A stretch of DNA of 64,000 nt from Phoronis australis (lineage: Eukaryota; Animalia; Phoronida): assembly GCA_002633005.1 (NCBI GenBank), contig NMRA01000746.1, positions 62,001 to 126,000 on the forward strand, given 5' to 3'. How positions within the stretch are numbered: the first letter of the stretch is position 1; every line of letters starts with the position of its first letter. This document shows positions 34,081 through 49,000 of this stretch, piece after piece. The translations under genes and the position numbers were made by a program. The notes beneath the pieces were generated by a model. The model was not told the origin of the DNA, did not search any database, and was given only the letters and a program-made list of their open reading frames with translations.

Positions 34081-37000
34081 TCATCCAGTGTCCAGGCTGT
34101 TAAAACGACCACGTCCATGGTTATGGAGAAATATGGCTGCGAGGTCGGCCTGAGATGGCAGGAACACTCTGCAGTCCTGAGGCTGGCAGATGAGTTTTCC
34201 AGCGGCACTGTGAGTGATATTGGCGTTCATCTCATCCGGTCCAGCTCCATCCCAATGTTCCCATTGTGCAAGGACTGCTTCCTCCATCATCGTTCTACGG
34301 AGCTCGTCTTCATTATGGGGGGTTTCTTCTTGAACTGGGAAAGGAAGCTCCTCAGTTTCTGAAGCGAAGGGCTCAACCATGTCCTGTGCATGCGAGCTAC
34401 AGTCACTGAAGTGTAGGGCAATGGTTTCTTCTCCAGCCTTGATGTTGTGGTTGTTGGTATCGTTGGTATCATCAGCATTGCGCAGTGTCCAATCCATCAG
34501 GATTAGAAGCATCTGGAAGATGGCGATATACTGGGGGATGGTGTTTAGCGCAAGACATGTCGCACTAATGGCCACGACAATTTTAACCATTTGATCTGTC
34601 TGGAATGCCGCCTCTCCGTCTGCAAGGTTATAAACAGTTGCGAATTATTTCAAGGTTTTAAAGTCAGAACAAAAAGACATTACACTTAACAGCAGCCATA
34701 AACACAATTATGTGAAGGCCTCATACTTTCAACTGACTTAAAACCTGCCTGCTATTACAAAAACCAGCTTTTGATTGATACAATTTACCATTGGTCCCAA
34801 ATTTTTTCCATAGTCGAAATCAGTTGATGTGCACACTTGTAAAGTACTAACAGTTTGTCATTGCCTCGTGATTACGTTGATTGACGGCAGGGTGTTATTT
34901 GGTTTGTCTCAAACAATAACAATCTGCACAACCAGAGACAACTTAACTGAGTTCACTAGAGCAGTTAAGTTGGAGACCAACTTGAAAACAATGTTTTTTT
35001 TTAGTTTTTTTAATACGTTTATTTNNNNNNNNNNNNNNNNNNNNNNNNNNNNNNNNNNNNNNNNNNNNNNNNNNNNNNNNNNNNNNNNNNNNNNNNNNNN
35101 NNNNNNNNNNNNNNNNNNNNNNNNNNNNNNNNNNNNNNNNNNNNNNNNNNNNNNNNNNNNNNNNNNNNNNNNNNNNNNNNNNNNNNNNNNNNNNNNNNNN
35201 NNNNNNNNACTTTCATACACTCATTCACACACACATTCACACAGTTTAATTAACTTATGTTTACATTTACGTAGGTGCATATTTGTGAAAAGGTCAATTT
35301 TCTTATAATACAACAGAAGTGGTTAAAAAAATAACACCATATATTGTTTGAATCATTTTAAAGAGATGCCTGCAAACCCTCCACTGTTCTGGAATTTTAT
35401 CCGAGGCATTAAATACATTGAGGTTCACTGCGTCAAAAAGTATAAATCTCTTCTTGATGTATAAATATAATGTTGGGCATGAGTGTATATGGTACTGACG
35501 ATTTCACTTAGATTGCCGAAGAAACAAACTAAGAAGTGGTACATAGATGGCTCAGTGTGTAAATTAAAAACTTTACTTATGAAATGATGTAAAGAATTCC
35601 AGAAACTTTTAACACAGAATCAGCTGTAAAACATATGCTGAAAAATCTGGACTTCGCCACAGTAGGGACATTGGTCTGTTTGTGGAGTACCAAATATTTT
35701 TAACATTTTGTTTGTATAAATTCTTTTGTGAATGAAAAAGTATTTAAACATTGTCAAATGAGGATTTATGGGTAGATTGAAAGGGAGATTATATATTTCT
35801 TTAATTTCGGCGTCTGTGTAATAGTTGAGTAAAAATGCATAATTATCTGGTTTTACTGAAAACTTGTGAATAAATGTGTTTTTGATCCATGAATTGGAAC
35901 TATTGAAGAATAAAAATCTAATGTTATTACAACTGACAATCCTTCTATCCGACACACTCAGAACTTTCTTCAAGGTCGCTGCGGTGGAATAAAATGGTAT
36001 GATAGACGTATCCTTTAAGTTATAATTTTTCTTAATGCTTTCCCATTTTAGAAGTTTGTTCTGGCTATCTAAAAAATCTGCACAAAATATGAGGCCTGCA
36101 TTGTACAGATCTTGGTAAAATAATGATTTACCGTTAACAGATAAGTTACAATTGTTCCATATCACTTGTTTGGCTATTGGTACGTCATTAAATATTTCAG
36201 GATTAAGAATATCTAAGGTTGTGAGAACATCTTTGTAAAAAGGGTTCTTAATTTAGCATTTTAGGGTTTTCAGTTGAAAATTGGATGAAAAAATAACACC
36301 GCCAATACGACTGAAAAGATGTCTCGGGTATATCTTTCATCTTGCCTCATCCTTTGCATTAAAGCGCTTGACCCAATTAAATAATAAGTTTAACTTGATC
36401 AATTTCATGTTAGGATATTTCAAACCACCCTCTTGATATGGTGAAATAGTCGCAGTTTTTTTAATTTTTGGTGGTTTATTTAACCAAATAAACTCTCTGA
36501 TAAGTTTATTAACTTCACGAATTCTTTTTTTGAAAATACCCACAGTTGACACTACATGAATGAGTTTCGATAAACCAAAAGTTTTCGTAAGGAAGATTCT
36601 GCCTTTTATGGACAAATTTCGTATTTTCCAAATATTAAACAGGTCTTTAAGCTTTTGGATTTTATCATCAAAATTGAGTTTTTCAGCGTCATCCCCTTTT
36701 CCGCCAAAGAATATTCCTAGACTTTTAATGGGATTTTGGGGCCAGCTGATTGCATAAAGTGGTTTACGATTTCGGTGCATTGTTGAGGCAAACATCCCTT
36801 GGCATTTTTCATAATTCAAGTGGAGTCCAGATAATGTTCCAAAATAATCTAAAAATCTAAAACAGTTATTGCCAGATTTTAATGAAAAGAACTGTATCAT
36901 CTGCATACTGTGCAATTTTGATTTTGTGATTGGCTATTGTGAAGCCTTCATTGCTTCTGATATGATGTGACATAATTTCCGCACACAGGACGAACAGTAC

Positions 37001-40000
37001 TGGGTCTCCTTGTCAGAGGCCTTTCTCTATGTTAAAATACTGTGATGTAAATCCGTTGCTCAGCACACATGACGAAATTCCAGAATATAATGCACGGATT
37101 CTATTGCTAAAAACGTCACCAAAATTAAAAGCTTTTAAGGACTGAAATACAAACTCCCACTTTACAGTATTGTACGCTTTCTTGGAATCGAGGAATACAA
37201 TGTGACCGGGGGTGTGCTTTTCTTTATAAAATTCAATCATGTCGTCAGTTACACGTATAGTCTGGCCTATATACCGTTTCGGCAAGAATGTTTGACCTGG
37301 ATGAATTAAATTGTCAATATATTTGTATAGTTTGTTTGTGATTCTTTTAGTTATTAATTTATAGTCACAGTTCAAAAGAGAGAAAGGTCTCCCATTGTCT
37401 AAAGATAGTAATTCCTCAAACTTTTTACTTTTCGGGATTAACTTGATTATGCCTTACTTTTGAGAACTGGACATGTGACCGTTTCCAAAGCTGTATGTGA
37501 CGCTCGCCAATAAATCGTCTTTAATTACCTTCCAAAAGGTTTTATAAAATTCATAACTGATGGCATCATTACCAGGCGTCTTGTTAAAAAGGTCGATTGG
37601 ATACGTTCTTTCGCCGTTGTATTCTTCAATATCGGAGTAAAGTTTTTTGTAATAGTTCACTTGCATATTCCGTATGCATGCTGCATCATGTATAATTTTA
37701 GCACTATCTTTAAGGGTGTTAATATGTTTTTGCTTGCTGTGGCGCAACTCTAGGTTTTTGAAATATTTCCATTCTCGCATTGTTCTGCCCATTGTGCTTT
37801 ACTATGCAGGATCAAGCCCTTAATTTTTTGGGTCTGGATAATTTGCAAATCAATTTTGGCTTTTTGTAAATCTTTTTTATTTCCTCTGTAGGGTCACTTT
37901 CCACCTTGGCTGTCACTGCGTTAATTTTTTCTATTAAAACAATTTCGTGAGAGCAGGTCTTCTTTGCAACCTCTTGCAAAAGAGATTGAAGTTTTCCTTA
38001 TTTCCATTTTTAATTAATTAATTAATTCCCACTCTTAATTTTTGTCTTGAATATGTCGGTACTGAGTACTATAAAATTCGACACATTTAGTTATTTTGTT
38101 TATATAATTGGTATTGTTTAAATAACTAGTGTTAAATTTCCAAAGACCAGGACCTCTCTTCGCATTTTTGGATGTTTCAAAATGTAAAGTAATGGCAGAG
38201 TGGTCTGAAAACAAAAAGTCGTTAATAATGGCAACGCCTTTGACTGCTACTTCTCTGGAAATTATCCATATGTCAATTCTACTTTGGCATGACATTTTTA
38301 TCCCTCCAAGTATACTTGAAAACAAAGTGATTCGAGTTTTATGGTCGTTGCTTTGATCGAACACAAGTTTTTAACTACTTTCACTGTAGTTTAGTTACCA
38401 AACTTGCATATACTCACTCTCATGTTCATGATAGTAATTGTCCTCTTCACCTGAAATTGGACAGGAATTGAATGTAAGCTTCTGGCCAAGAGTGTGTGAC
38501 TTAAATTTTTATAGGACATTATTTACAAGTCTTTGCGTTTAACCAAATATCTACAGAACTATAGAATGAGCGTATAAATTTTTGGAAAATAGAAAGAAAC
38601 TTTTTGGAATATTGCTTTGACTTAATACCAAACTAAAACCTTGGGTCTTTCGACAATGTCTTCTTAGTAAAATTTAGTAAAATATAACAATACAATCTTA
38701 CCCTAACTACATCTATTAAACGATCATATTTTGTTTGATGTAAATGTTCAAGATAAAACGATGTTACAGTTTTTCTCACTTCAGCTTTGCTTTATGCATC
38801 TTTTGATTTTTTTTTTCTAAAAAGTCCTTATTTTTATAACCTCTTGTGTAAAAGTGAAACATTTTGAAGACAGTTCATTACATCGTTTTGGAAAACAGTT
38901 CAATTTAGCTTTACCAACTCTTCCATTTTCACCGTCTTTATTTTTCTCAGGTATAACTGGTCTAATGATATGTAAATCAATAAAACCAGAGGATTTGTGA
39001 GATAGGCCTAACACTATATTTTTGTTATTTACCAATAAACTACATGGAGAGCACAAATAGGCCCTAAAAATGTGATGACCAAGTAACAACTAATCTCTGC
39101 ATCTGGCCAGTCTTTTGTGAATTAAAGCCTATCTTAAACAGTAACACCAGAAAATGTAATTCCTACAGTATGTTAAGAGTATCATTCTGAGCACACAAGT
39201 GCTATCAATTGTCTAATGTAATGAACTGTTAGGCCTATTGGCTTGCTTTTACAATAGCTCTTTTGTTGTTTTGCCTCAGGGATCTGGCAGTGCTATAAAG
39301 AAAAGGCAGCTTCATCTATGATTTGACTAGCCTTCATTTACGTGATTGAATTCACTTTTTCGTATTTTTCTAAAGCTGTGCTAGAACTATCTGGCTAGCC
39401 CAACACATCTAAAATAACAAAATTCCATTGAAGTTGGGCTTTAATGGCACTGTGCAAAACATGCAAAACACTAGCAAGTGAAGTTGTTAAAGCCCCTGTT
39501 CATCAGAACGATGCTTATTTACTTGGCTGTTGCCACTCTTGGTTATTCGTCAGTTTCAAACACCAACTGTTGCGTCAGTGAATTGAAAGGTGCGCTTCTT
39601 TTGAGTTTCACTACTACTGTTGTTTTGGTGTAGCATACAATTGACAAAAAATAATGCTTTTGGCTATTGAACATTCAGAGTACACACATGTATATTGCTC
39701 TGCCAAAAGTCCTGAAGTTAACTTAAAAGTTCCTAGCAGCCAGCCCTTGATCCAAAATAGGTGGCCAAATAAGAACTACTGATAAAGGTAATTAGTAAAA
39801 TTGGCTTGAGCCATGTAAATATAGCCAAATGACAATGAAGTAGAGGCATAAAGTCCACTAAAGGGTCTAGGACTTCAATGAAAGTGTTTGATTTGTCTAG
39901 TGGTAATTTTTGATACGAGCAGGTGTCCTTGGCTGTCAGTGAATTATAATTATATTACACTGTGATAGTGTTCCTTTGATACTTTTTGCTCATGGAAAAT

Positions 40001-43000
40001 TCTCCAATTTGGGACCCTGGAAAATTTGCTCAAGGTCAGAGCTTGTGCCTAGTTATAAAAATAGGCAACATCGGCCGTCCCAACTCCCAAGAATCACCGT
40101 AAAGACATCAAAATTACCTACTCTACAGATTGAACCCTCATTGCACGAAATTTGAGAAACATGATGATTGTCAAAATCACCCTTGCCCCAAATTCCACAA
40201 TTAAGGAAATTCAATTTTTGCGAGAGAATTGGCAAATTTTTACCACAGTCTTATTTTTAAAGTGCTACCTGGGTCTCTTTCTTCTGGCTCATCATCATTA
40301 GCTCATGAAAATAAATGTTGATATTGGGCTCAATTTTTAAAACTGCTTGTATTGTTCATTTTTTTGTGTGTTACAGTTGCAATTAATGCTTTCTATATAC
40401 AATTGCTAAATTTGCATCTCTCTATTCCTTCATAAATATTGGGTGAGCAGTTCACCCTGAATAACGCATCATTAACAAAAGTTAGGGAGGACATTCCTAG
40501 CAAGACGCTCATGGACAAGTTTTTCTAGGGTAACTTGTATTGAGCATATGACTCTAAATTCTGGTAAAATCTTACATACAACATTTTGCATACCTTGAAC
40601 TGTTGGATCTGCTCTCTCCAGTGAAGGTGTGGTGTCAAGTAGTAAGTAATGAGGCTGAGGTTGAGTCTCAGATGATTCTGAAAGATGCACAACATGTAAG
40701 TATTAAAGACTATTATAATTTTGTTATAGTTCATAAAATAAACAAAATGTCATGATGAAGCAGGATAGTCTATGAAAGAAATGTGTTCTTTGTTTCTTCC
40801 GCTAAGGATCACAATCTGTTTGAAAGAGGGTATGGTTATATAGGACCTGCGCATTTAGGCGAATATCTTTTATTATAACTTCAACCCAGTAAAAATATAT
40901 ATTTTCTGAAAGTAGAATGCCTGTAGGGTTGGATTTTTGACCTTTTACCAATCTGTCATGAATTAGTTTATGTGACCTTGTTTTTTGTAAAATTTAGCAG
41001 AAAAGAAAGGTATGTTGATAGCAAAATAACAGTATCAATGACAAGAACAATGTTTAGTGAAATGTTCTGGATGAGATCTCCAAAACTCTGTTAGTTTTCT
41101 AAAATATTTCGTTGAATGCAACTTCTGAAAGTAGGAACTTTTTATAATTTGATTTTTGACTTGATACTTAACAAATGATAATATCTTTTTAGTAAAATCA
41201 AGTTAAAAAGAACAATACATTCTCAGCCTAACTACATCTATTAAATGACCATATTTCGTTTGATATAAACGTTCAAGATAAAATGTCCAAAATGATGTTG
41301 TAGTTTTTCTCACTTCATCTTTGCTCTATCATTTTTTGGTTTATTTTCTAAAAAGTCCTTGTTTTCGTAACCTCTCGTGTAAAAATGAAACATTCTGAAA
41401 ACAATTCATTGCACCGTTATGAAGAACTGTGTATAAAGCATAGTATCTGAAAGTTTCAAATGAATCCAAACAGCCATTTCTGAAATATGTTTCGAAGGTA
41501 GCCAAATATGGGCAGTTTGCTAAGGAACTACATAACCTTAAACCACCAATTGTTTAAATGCATTAACAAGTCATTTGAAATTGTGTTACAGAAGATTGTC
41601 GCAAATTTTGTCAGTAATTTAGCTGCTTAGGTGAGTTTTACCAACTCACATTTTTGCCTTCTTTATTTTAACGCTATGGAATCGATACAACCAGAGGATT
41701 TGTTAGCTAACTATATATTTGTTACTTAACAAACAACGTGGAGAGCACAAATATACCCTGACAAGGCATTGTTCATGACCAGTTACAAGTTGACACCTGG
41801 TGGCATTACTAATCACTGCATCTGGCCAGTCGTAAATGGTAACACCAGTAAACTTGGTTCCTACAGTTTGTTAAGAGCATCGTTCTGAGCCCACTAGTGC
41901 CATAAATTGTCAGATGTAACAAGCCCTTAAAGACCTATTGGCTTGCTTTTGCCTATGTCACCATGAGAATCATCTTTTACTTCAAATAGCTGTGAATAAC
42001 ATTCCCATGCATTGGTGCCCTATTTAGACCGCTATTCAATACAACTGTTATTGGTCTTTTGTTGTTTTGCTTGGAATCTTGCTGTTATGCAATATGGCAC
42101 AAAAACGCAGCTTCATGTATGATTTGTCAGGCCTTCATTTGCGTAATTGATTTCGTATTTTCTTATCTTGTTGAGGCTTTGTCGGGACTACCTGGTTAGC
42201 CAAATACATCTAAAATAACAAAATTTCGTTGAAGTAAGGCTTTTAGTGGCCCTGTGCAAAACATGCAAAACATTAGTCCCGTTTAGACATCAAGTTTTGG
42301 CCCGGCGCAACTGACACAGAACAAATTGATCGGTGTCAAGCGTCTGTTTACACACACAACTCACTAACTGTGGTAAGACGGAAATTGCAGGCTGGAGAGA
42401 CTGGATCACACATGCGAAGGTTTACAAATGACGAGAGTTGCAGAGACATTAGAACCCGTACGCAGGTCATTAGGCAAGTGCAGTAGAGATGATCCTTTCC
42501 GCCTTGCCCCAGTTACGCATTTAGACATATAATTGACACGGAGCAAGTCATGTTCAAGTGCAAATTGCTCCACCTACCAAACGGGTGGCAAAAGTTGTCA
42601 CCGCTGTGTCAATTTGTTCCATGTCAGTACCGTTTACACACTGGAACAACTCGTTCCGTGTCAGTTGATCCCTGTCAACTTTTGTAGTGTAAACAGCACT
42701 ATTGGCAAATGATGTTGTTAGGGCTGTTCCAGCAAAATCTGTATGGGAGGGGGGAAGGCACTTTTATTTCGTACCCACCGCCCATATTTTTCATTTATTT
42801 CTCCAACCCATGACCCATAATTTTTAATTATTTTTAATAGGTTAAAATATAAAATCGAACACTTGCAAACAAATTGCCTCCAAGAGGACCTGTTAAGAAC
42901 TTAAATGATTGACAGACAAGAACTAGTTGTCTTGTCCAATATTGTCAAAAACTAAAGTAGCCTGTGAGCAATACTTTTGGCAGCCACCAGGTGTCTCTGT

Positions 43001-46000
43001 TCACCATGTGTCTATAATTTCAATTTAATTTTTTCAATTATAAGGATCTATGAATCTCAAACTGTCTCCACGAACTCTTTTATACTTCTATGCAAGTGAA
43101 TATCGGAACTTGTTTATCTTACTTCTCATACTTTTTATTTAAAAATCATCAGTTTTCCTATATGTGTTAACACCAGTTTAGTGTTGCATAACTTTTCAAT
43201 TCAATAGGACTGCAGACAAGCAGTTGGCTCAAATCAAGTTGCCCATGACTTGATTAATGGCTTAGTGAACATATTGCACTCTGTTCACTGGCAATATGGG
43301 CTTTTTTGTATTGGGATAAGTTAGGATATTTGCCAATTGCATTTTTTTGAGTTTTGATTTCTTTGAAGATGTGTTTGGCTGAAGTAACCATCCTGTCAAC
43401 ATTAACGGTGAAAAAATACCACCCATTTTTAATGCATCACTTCTTACAGGAACGACCACCCATAAATTGAGTTTTTTTCTGAAGACCACCACCCATGAAT
43501 TTTTATTTCTGCTGCCGTCCCCCCCCCCCCTCCCACACGGATTTTACTGGAACAGCCCTTAAAGTGCCTGTTCATCAGAATGATGCATATTTACTTGGCT
43601 GTTGCCACTCTTGGTGATTCGTCAGTTCCAAACATCAACTGTTTTTTCAGGGAAATGGAAGGTGTGCTACTTTTAAGTCCCGTTATCGATATTTTACTAT
43701 ATGCTTATGATTTGATGTAGCTTACATTGAGAAAAAAACATAAGGCTTTTGGCTATTACACATTCAGAGTACAGGCATTATATTGTCTTGTCGAAAGTTA
43801 AGTTCCCTGCAGCCAGCCCTTAATAAAAAATAGATGACCTGATAAGGACTACTGATAAGGTAATTGATAGAATTATCTTGAGCCACATAAACTTACTGGT
43901 AGTCACCTGTATGGGCACTAACTGAGTTTCAACATTTTGCCAAATGACAGTGAAGTAGGGGCATAAAGTCCACTAAGAGTCTAGGACCTCAGTGAAAGTA
44001 TTTGATTTGTCCAGTGGTACTTTTTTAATACAAGCAGGTGGTCTTCGCTGTCACTGAATGTATTACACTGTGATAATGCTCCTTCATACTATTTGGTTAT
44101 GGTAAAAATTCTCCAATTTGGACCCTGGAAAATTTACTCAAGGTCAGAGCTTGTGCCAAGTTCTAGAAATAGGCAAAATCGGCCGTCCCAATTTCACTGC
44201 AAAATTACCTACTCTACTGGTTGAACCCACATTGTGCGAAATTTGAGAAACATGATGATTGTCAAAATCACCCTTGCCCCAAATTCCACAATCAAGGAAA
44301 TTCGATTTTTGCTAGAGAATTGGGAAATATTTACCATAGTTTTATTTTTAAAACACATACCTGGGTCTCTTCCTTCTGGCACATCGTCATTAGCTCCTGA
44401 AAATAAACATTGATATTGAGATCATGTTTTAAACTGGTGGTATTGTTGAATTTCTTATGTGTTATAGTTGCAGTTAATGCTTTCTATATGCAATTGCTCA
44501 ATTTGCATCTCTTTATTCCTTCATAAACATTCAGTTCACCCTGCATAACGCATCATTAACAAAAGTTAGGGAGGACATTCCTAGCAAGACGCTCATGCAC
44601 AAGTTGTTCTAGGGTAACTTGTATTGAGCATATGACTTTAAATTCTGTTAAAATCTTGCATCTATCATTTTGCTTACCTTGAACTGTTGGATCTGCTGTC
44701 TCCAGTGAAGGTGTGGTGTCAAGTAGTAAGTAATGAGGCCGAGGTTGAGTCTCAGGCGATTCTGAAAGATGCACAACATGTAAGTATTAAAGACTATTAT
44801 AATTTTGTTATAGTTCATAAAATAAACAAAATGTCAGGATGAAGCAGGATAGTCTATGAAAGAAATGTGTTCTTTGTTTCTTCCACTAAGGATCACAATC
44901 TATTTGAAAGAGGGTATGGTTATATAGGACCTGTGCATTTAGGCGAATATCTTTTATTATAACTTCAACCCAGTAAAAATATATATTTTCTGAAAGTAGA
45001 ATGCCTGTAGGGTTGGATTTTTGACCTTTTACCAATCTGTCATGAATTAGTTTATGTGACCTTGTTTTTAGTAAAATTTAGCAGAAAAGAAAGGTATGTT
45101 GATAGCAAAATAACAGTATCAATAACAAGAACAATTTTTAGTTAAATGTTCTGGATGAGATCTCCAAAACGCTGTTTGTTTTCTAAAATATTTCGTTGAA
45201 TGCAACTTCTGAAAGTAGGAACTTTTTATAATTTGATTTTTGACTTAATACTTAACAAATGATAATATCTTTTTAGTAAAATCAAGTTAAAAAGAACAAT
45301 ACATTCTCAGCCTAACTACATCTTTTAAATGACCATATTTCGTTTGATATAAACGTTCAGGATAAAATGTCCAAAATGATGTCGTAGTTTTTCTCACTTC
45401 ATCTTTGCTCTATCATTTTTTGGTTTATTTTCTAAAAAGTCCTTGTTTTCGTAACCTCTCGTGTAAAAATGAAACATTCTGAAAACAATTCATTGCACCG
45501 TTATGAAGAACTGTGTATAAAGCATAGTATCTGAAAGTTTCAAATGAATCCAAACAGCCATTTCTGAAATATGTTTCGAAGGTAGCCAAATATGGGCAGT
45601 TTGCTAAGGAACTACATAACCTTAAACCACCAATTGTTTAAATGCATTAACAAGTCATTTGAAATTGTGTTACAGAAGATTGTCGCAAATTTTGTCAGTA
45701 ATTTAGCTGCTTAGGTGAGTTTTACCAACTCACATTTTTGCCTTCTTTATTTTAACGCTATGGAATCGATACAACCAGAGGATTTGTTAGCTAACTATAT
45801 ATTTGTTACTTAACAAACAACGTGGAGAGCACAAATATACCCTGACAAGGCATTGTTCATGACCAGTTACAAGTTGACACCTGGTGGCATTACTAATCAC
45901 TGCATCTGGCCAGTCGTAAATGGTAACACCAGTAAACTTGGTTCCTACAGTTTGTTAAGAGCATCGTTCTGAGCCCACTAGTGCCATAAATTGTCAGATG

Positions 46001-49000
46001 TAACAAGCCCTTAAAGACCTATTGGCTTGCTTTTGCCTATGTCACCATGAGAATCATCTTTTACTTCAAATAGCTGTGAATAACATTCCCATGCATTGGT
46101 GCCCTATTTAGACCGCTATTCAATACAACTGTTATTGGTCTTTTGTTGTTTTGCTTGGAATCTTGCTGTTATGCAATATGGCACAAAAACGCAGCTTCAT
46201 GTATGATTTGTCAGGCCTTCATTTGCGTAATTGATTTCGTATTTTCTTATCTTGTTGAGGCTTTGTCGGGACTACCTGGTTAGCCCAATACATCTAAAAT
46301 GACAAAATTTCGTTGAAGTAAGGCTTTTAGCGGCCCTGTGCAAAACATGCAAAACATTAGTCCCGTTTAGACATCAAGTTTTGGCCCGGCGCAACTGACA
46401 CAAAACAAATTGATCGGTGTCAAGTGTCTGTTTACACACACAACTCACTAACTGTGGTAAGACGGAAATTGCAGACTGGAGAGACTAGATTGCACATGCG
46501 AAGGTTTACAAATGACGAGAGTTGCAGAGACATTAGAACCCGTACGCAGAACATTAGGCAAGTGCAGTAGAGATGATCCTTTCCGCCTTGCCCCAGTTAC
46601 GCGTTTAGACATATAATTGACACAGAGCAAGATGTTCAAGCGCAAATTGCTCTACCTACCAAACAGGTGGCAAAAGTTGTCACCGCTGTGTCAATTTGTT
46701 CCATGTCAGTGCCGTTTACACACTGGAACAACTCGTTCCGTGTCAGTTGATCCCTGTCAACTTTTGTAATGTAAACGGCACTATCGGCAAATGATGTTGT
46801 TAAAGCGCCTGTTCATCAGAATGATGCATATTTACTTGGCTGTTGCCACTCTTGGTGATTCGTCAGTTCCAAACACCAACTGTTATATTAGGGAAATGGA
46901 AGGTGTGCTACTTTTTAAGTCCCGTTATCGCTATTGTACTATATGCTTTTGATTTGATGTAGCATACGTTGAGAAAAAACATAAGGCTTTTGGCTATTAC
47001 ACATTCAGAGTACAGGTACTATATTGTCTTACCGAAAGTTTAGTTCAGCCAGCCCTTAATCAAAAATAGATAACCTGATATAGACTACTGATAAGGTAAT
47101 TGATAGAATTATCTTGAGCCACATAAACTTACGGTAGTCACCTGTATGGGCACTAACTGAGTTTCAACATTTTGCTAAATGACAGTGAAATAGGGGCATA
47201 AAGTTCACTAAGAGTCTAGGACCTCAGTGAAAGTATTTGATTTGTCCAGTGGTATTTTTTAATACAAGCAGGTGCCCTTCGCTGTCACTGAATGTATTAC
47301 ACTGTGATAGTGCTCCTTCATACTTTTTGGTTATGGTAAAAATTCTCCAATTTGGACCCTGGAAAATTTACTCAAGGTCAGAGCTTGTGCCGAGTTCTAG
47401 AAATAGGCAAAATCGGCCGTCCCAATTTCACTGCAAAATTACCTACTCTACTGGTTGAACCCACATTGTGCGAAATTTGATAAACACGATGAATGTCAAA
47501 ATCACCCTTGCCCCAAATTCCACAATCTTCGATTTTTGCTAGAGAATTGGAAAATATTTACCATAGTTTTATTTTTAAAGCACGTACCTGGGTCTCTTCC
47601 TTCTGGCTCATCGTCATTAGCTTCTGAAAATAAATGTTGATATTGAGATCATGTTTTAAACTGGTGGTATTGTTTACTTTCTTATGTGTTATAGTTGCAA
47701 TTAATGCTTTCTATACACAATTGCTAAATTTGCATCTCTCCATTCCTTCATAAACATTCAGTTCACCCTGAATAACGCATCATTAACTATAGTTAGGGAG
47801 GTCATTCCTAGCAAGACGCTCATGGACAAGTTGTTCTAGGGTAACTTGTATTGAGCATATGACTCTAAATTTTGTTAAAATCTTACATACAACATTTTGC
47901 ATACCTTGAACTGTTGGACCTGCTGTCTCTAGTGAAGGTGTATCAAGTAGTAAGGAATTAGGCTGAGGTTGAGTCTCAGGCGATTCTGAAAGATGCACAA
48001 CATGTAAGTATTAAAGAATATTACAATTTTGTTATAGTTCATAAAATAAGAAAAATGTCTTCCGCTTAGGAACACCATCTATTTGAAAGAGGGTATGGTT
48101 ATATAGGACCTGCACATTTAGGCGAATATGATCTTCAACCCTGAGTAAAAGTATATATTTTCTGAAAGTAGAATGCCTGCCTTTGTAGGGTTGGACTTTT
48201 GACTTTTTACCAATCTGTCATGAATTAGTTTACGCGACCTTGTTTTTAGTAAAATTTAGCAGAGAAGAAAGGTACGTTGATAGCAAAATAACAGTATCAA
48301 TAACAAGAACAATTTTTAGTGAATGTTCTGGATGAGATCTCCAAAACGCTGTTAGTTTTCTAAAATATTTCGTCGAATGCAACTTGGAGTTTTTTCATGA
48401 AAGTCATAATTGTGCTATTTTCATAGCTCCTCATGCAAAAGTGGAAACTTTTTAAAACAAATTCTGAACAGCTTTTTGAAAAACAGTGCATAGTGTGTGA
48501 ATGTTTCATATTAATACGGTCGGCTATTTCTAAGGTGAGATGTTCAAAATTTGCCAAATTTAGACTTATTCTGTGGTTTTCCTTTTATTGTATTTGATGC
48601 TGTTTATGCTACAAAAGTCGACACGGATCAGCTGACACTGAACGAGATGATTAAGCTCAAGTGTTGTGCAAATCAAGACTGACACCGAGTAAATTAGCAC
48701 CATGGTGACAACTTTTGTCACCTGTTTTAAAGGTAGAGCAACTTGCACCCAATGATCTTGCTCCGTGTCAAATGTCACGAAACTGGGGCTGGGTGGCAGG
48801 GATCATCTCTTATCTCTGCTTGTGCAAAATTGCAATGGACATTATCATTGGCCCTGATAAGCGCCCAGGGCGCTCAGAAAAAATCGTTTCCGGGGAGGGG
48901 GCTCTTATTGTAGCCTGTAAAGCGGTTGAAACCCGGTCTCCAAAATGGGTGAAAGGGGAAGCTGGGTTTCATCAAAATTATGCTCTGTAACGTATTTGTA

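Larger units (their letters stand above)
38670..48385. repeat. Tandem segmental triplication (units ~2.5, ~4.1 and ~3.1 kb)
   Basis: The anchor cctaactacatct recurs at ~38702, 41227 and 45311; exon-bearing blocks recur at 40.2-40.7, 44.3-44.8 and 47.5-48.0 kb. 40680-42710 and 44760-46795 are almost identical. Confidence 0.95.

Noticed and set aside
34788-34981. Additional exon of paralog A just upstream of the terminal exon
   Set aside because: An acceptor and donor exist, but the phase-1 frame contains stops.
34829-35308. ORFs spanning the N run
   Set aside because: Artefacts of the assembly gap.
39523-46880. A third repeated 44-nt exon in each tandem unit (~39523, 43595, 46836)
   Set aside because: Length is not a multiple of 3, the acceptors are weak, and there is an in-frame stop in phase 1.
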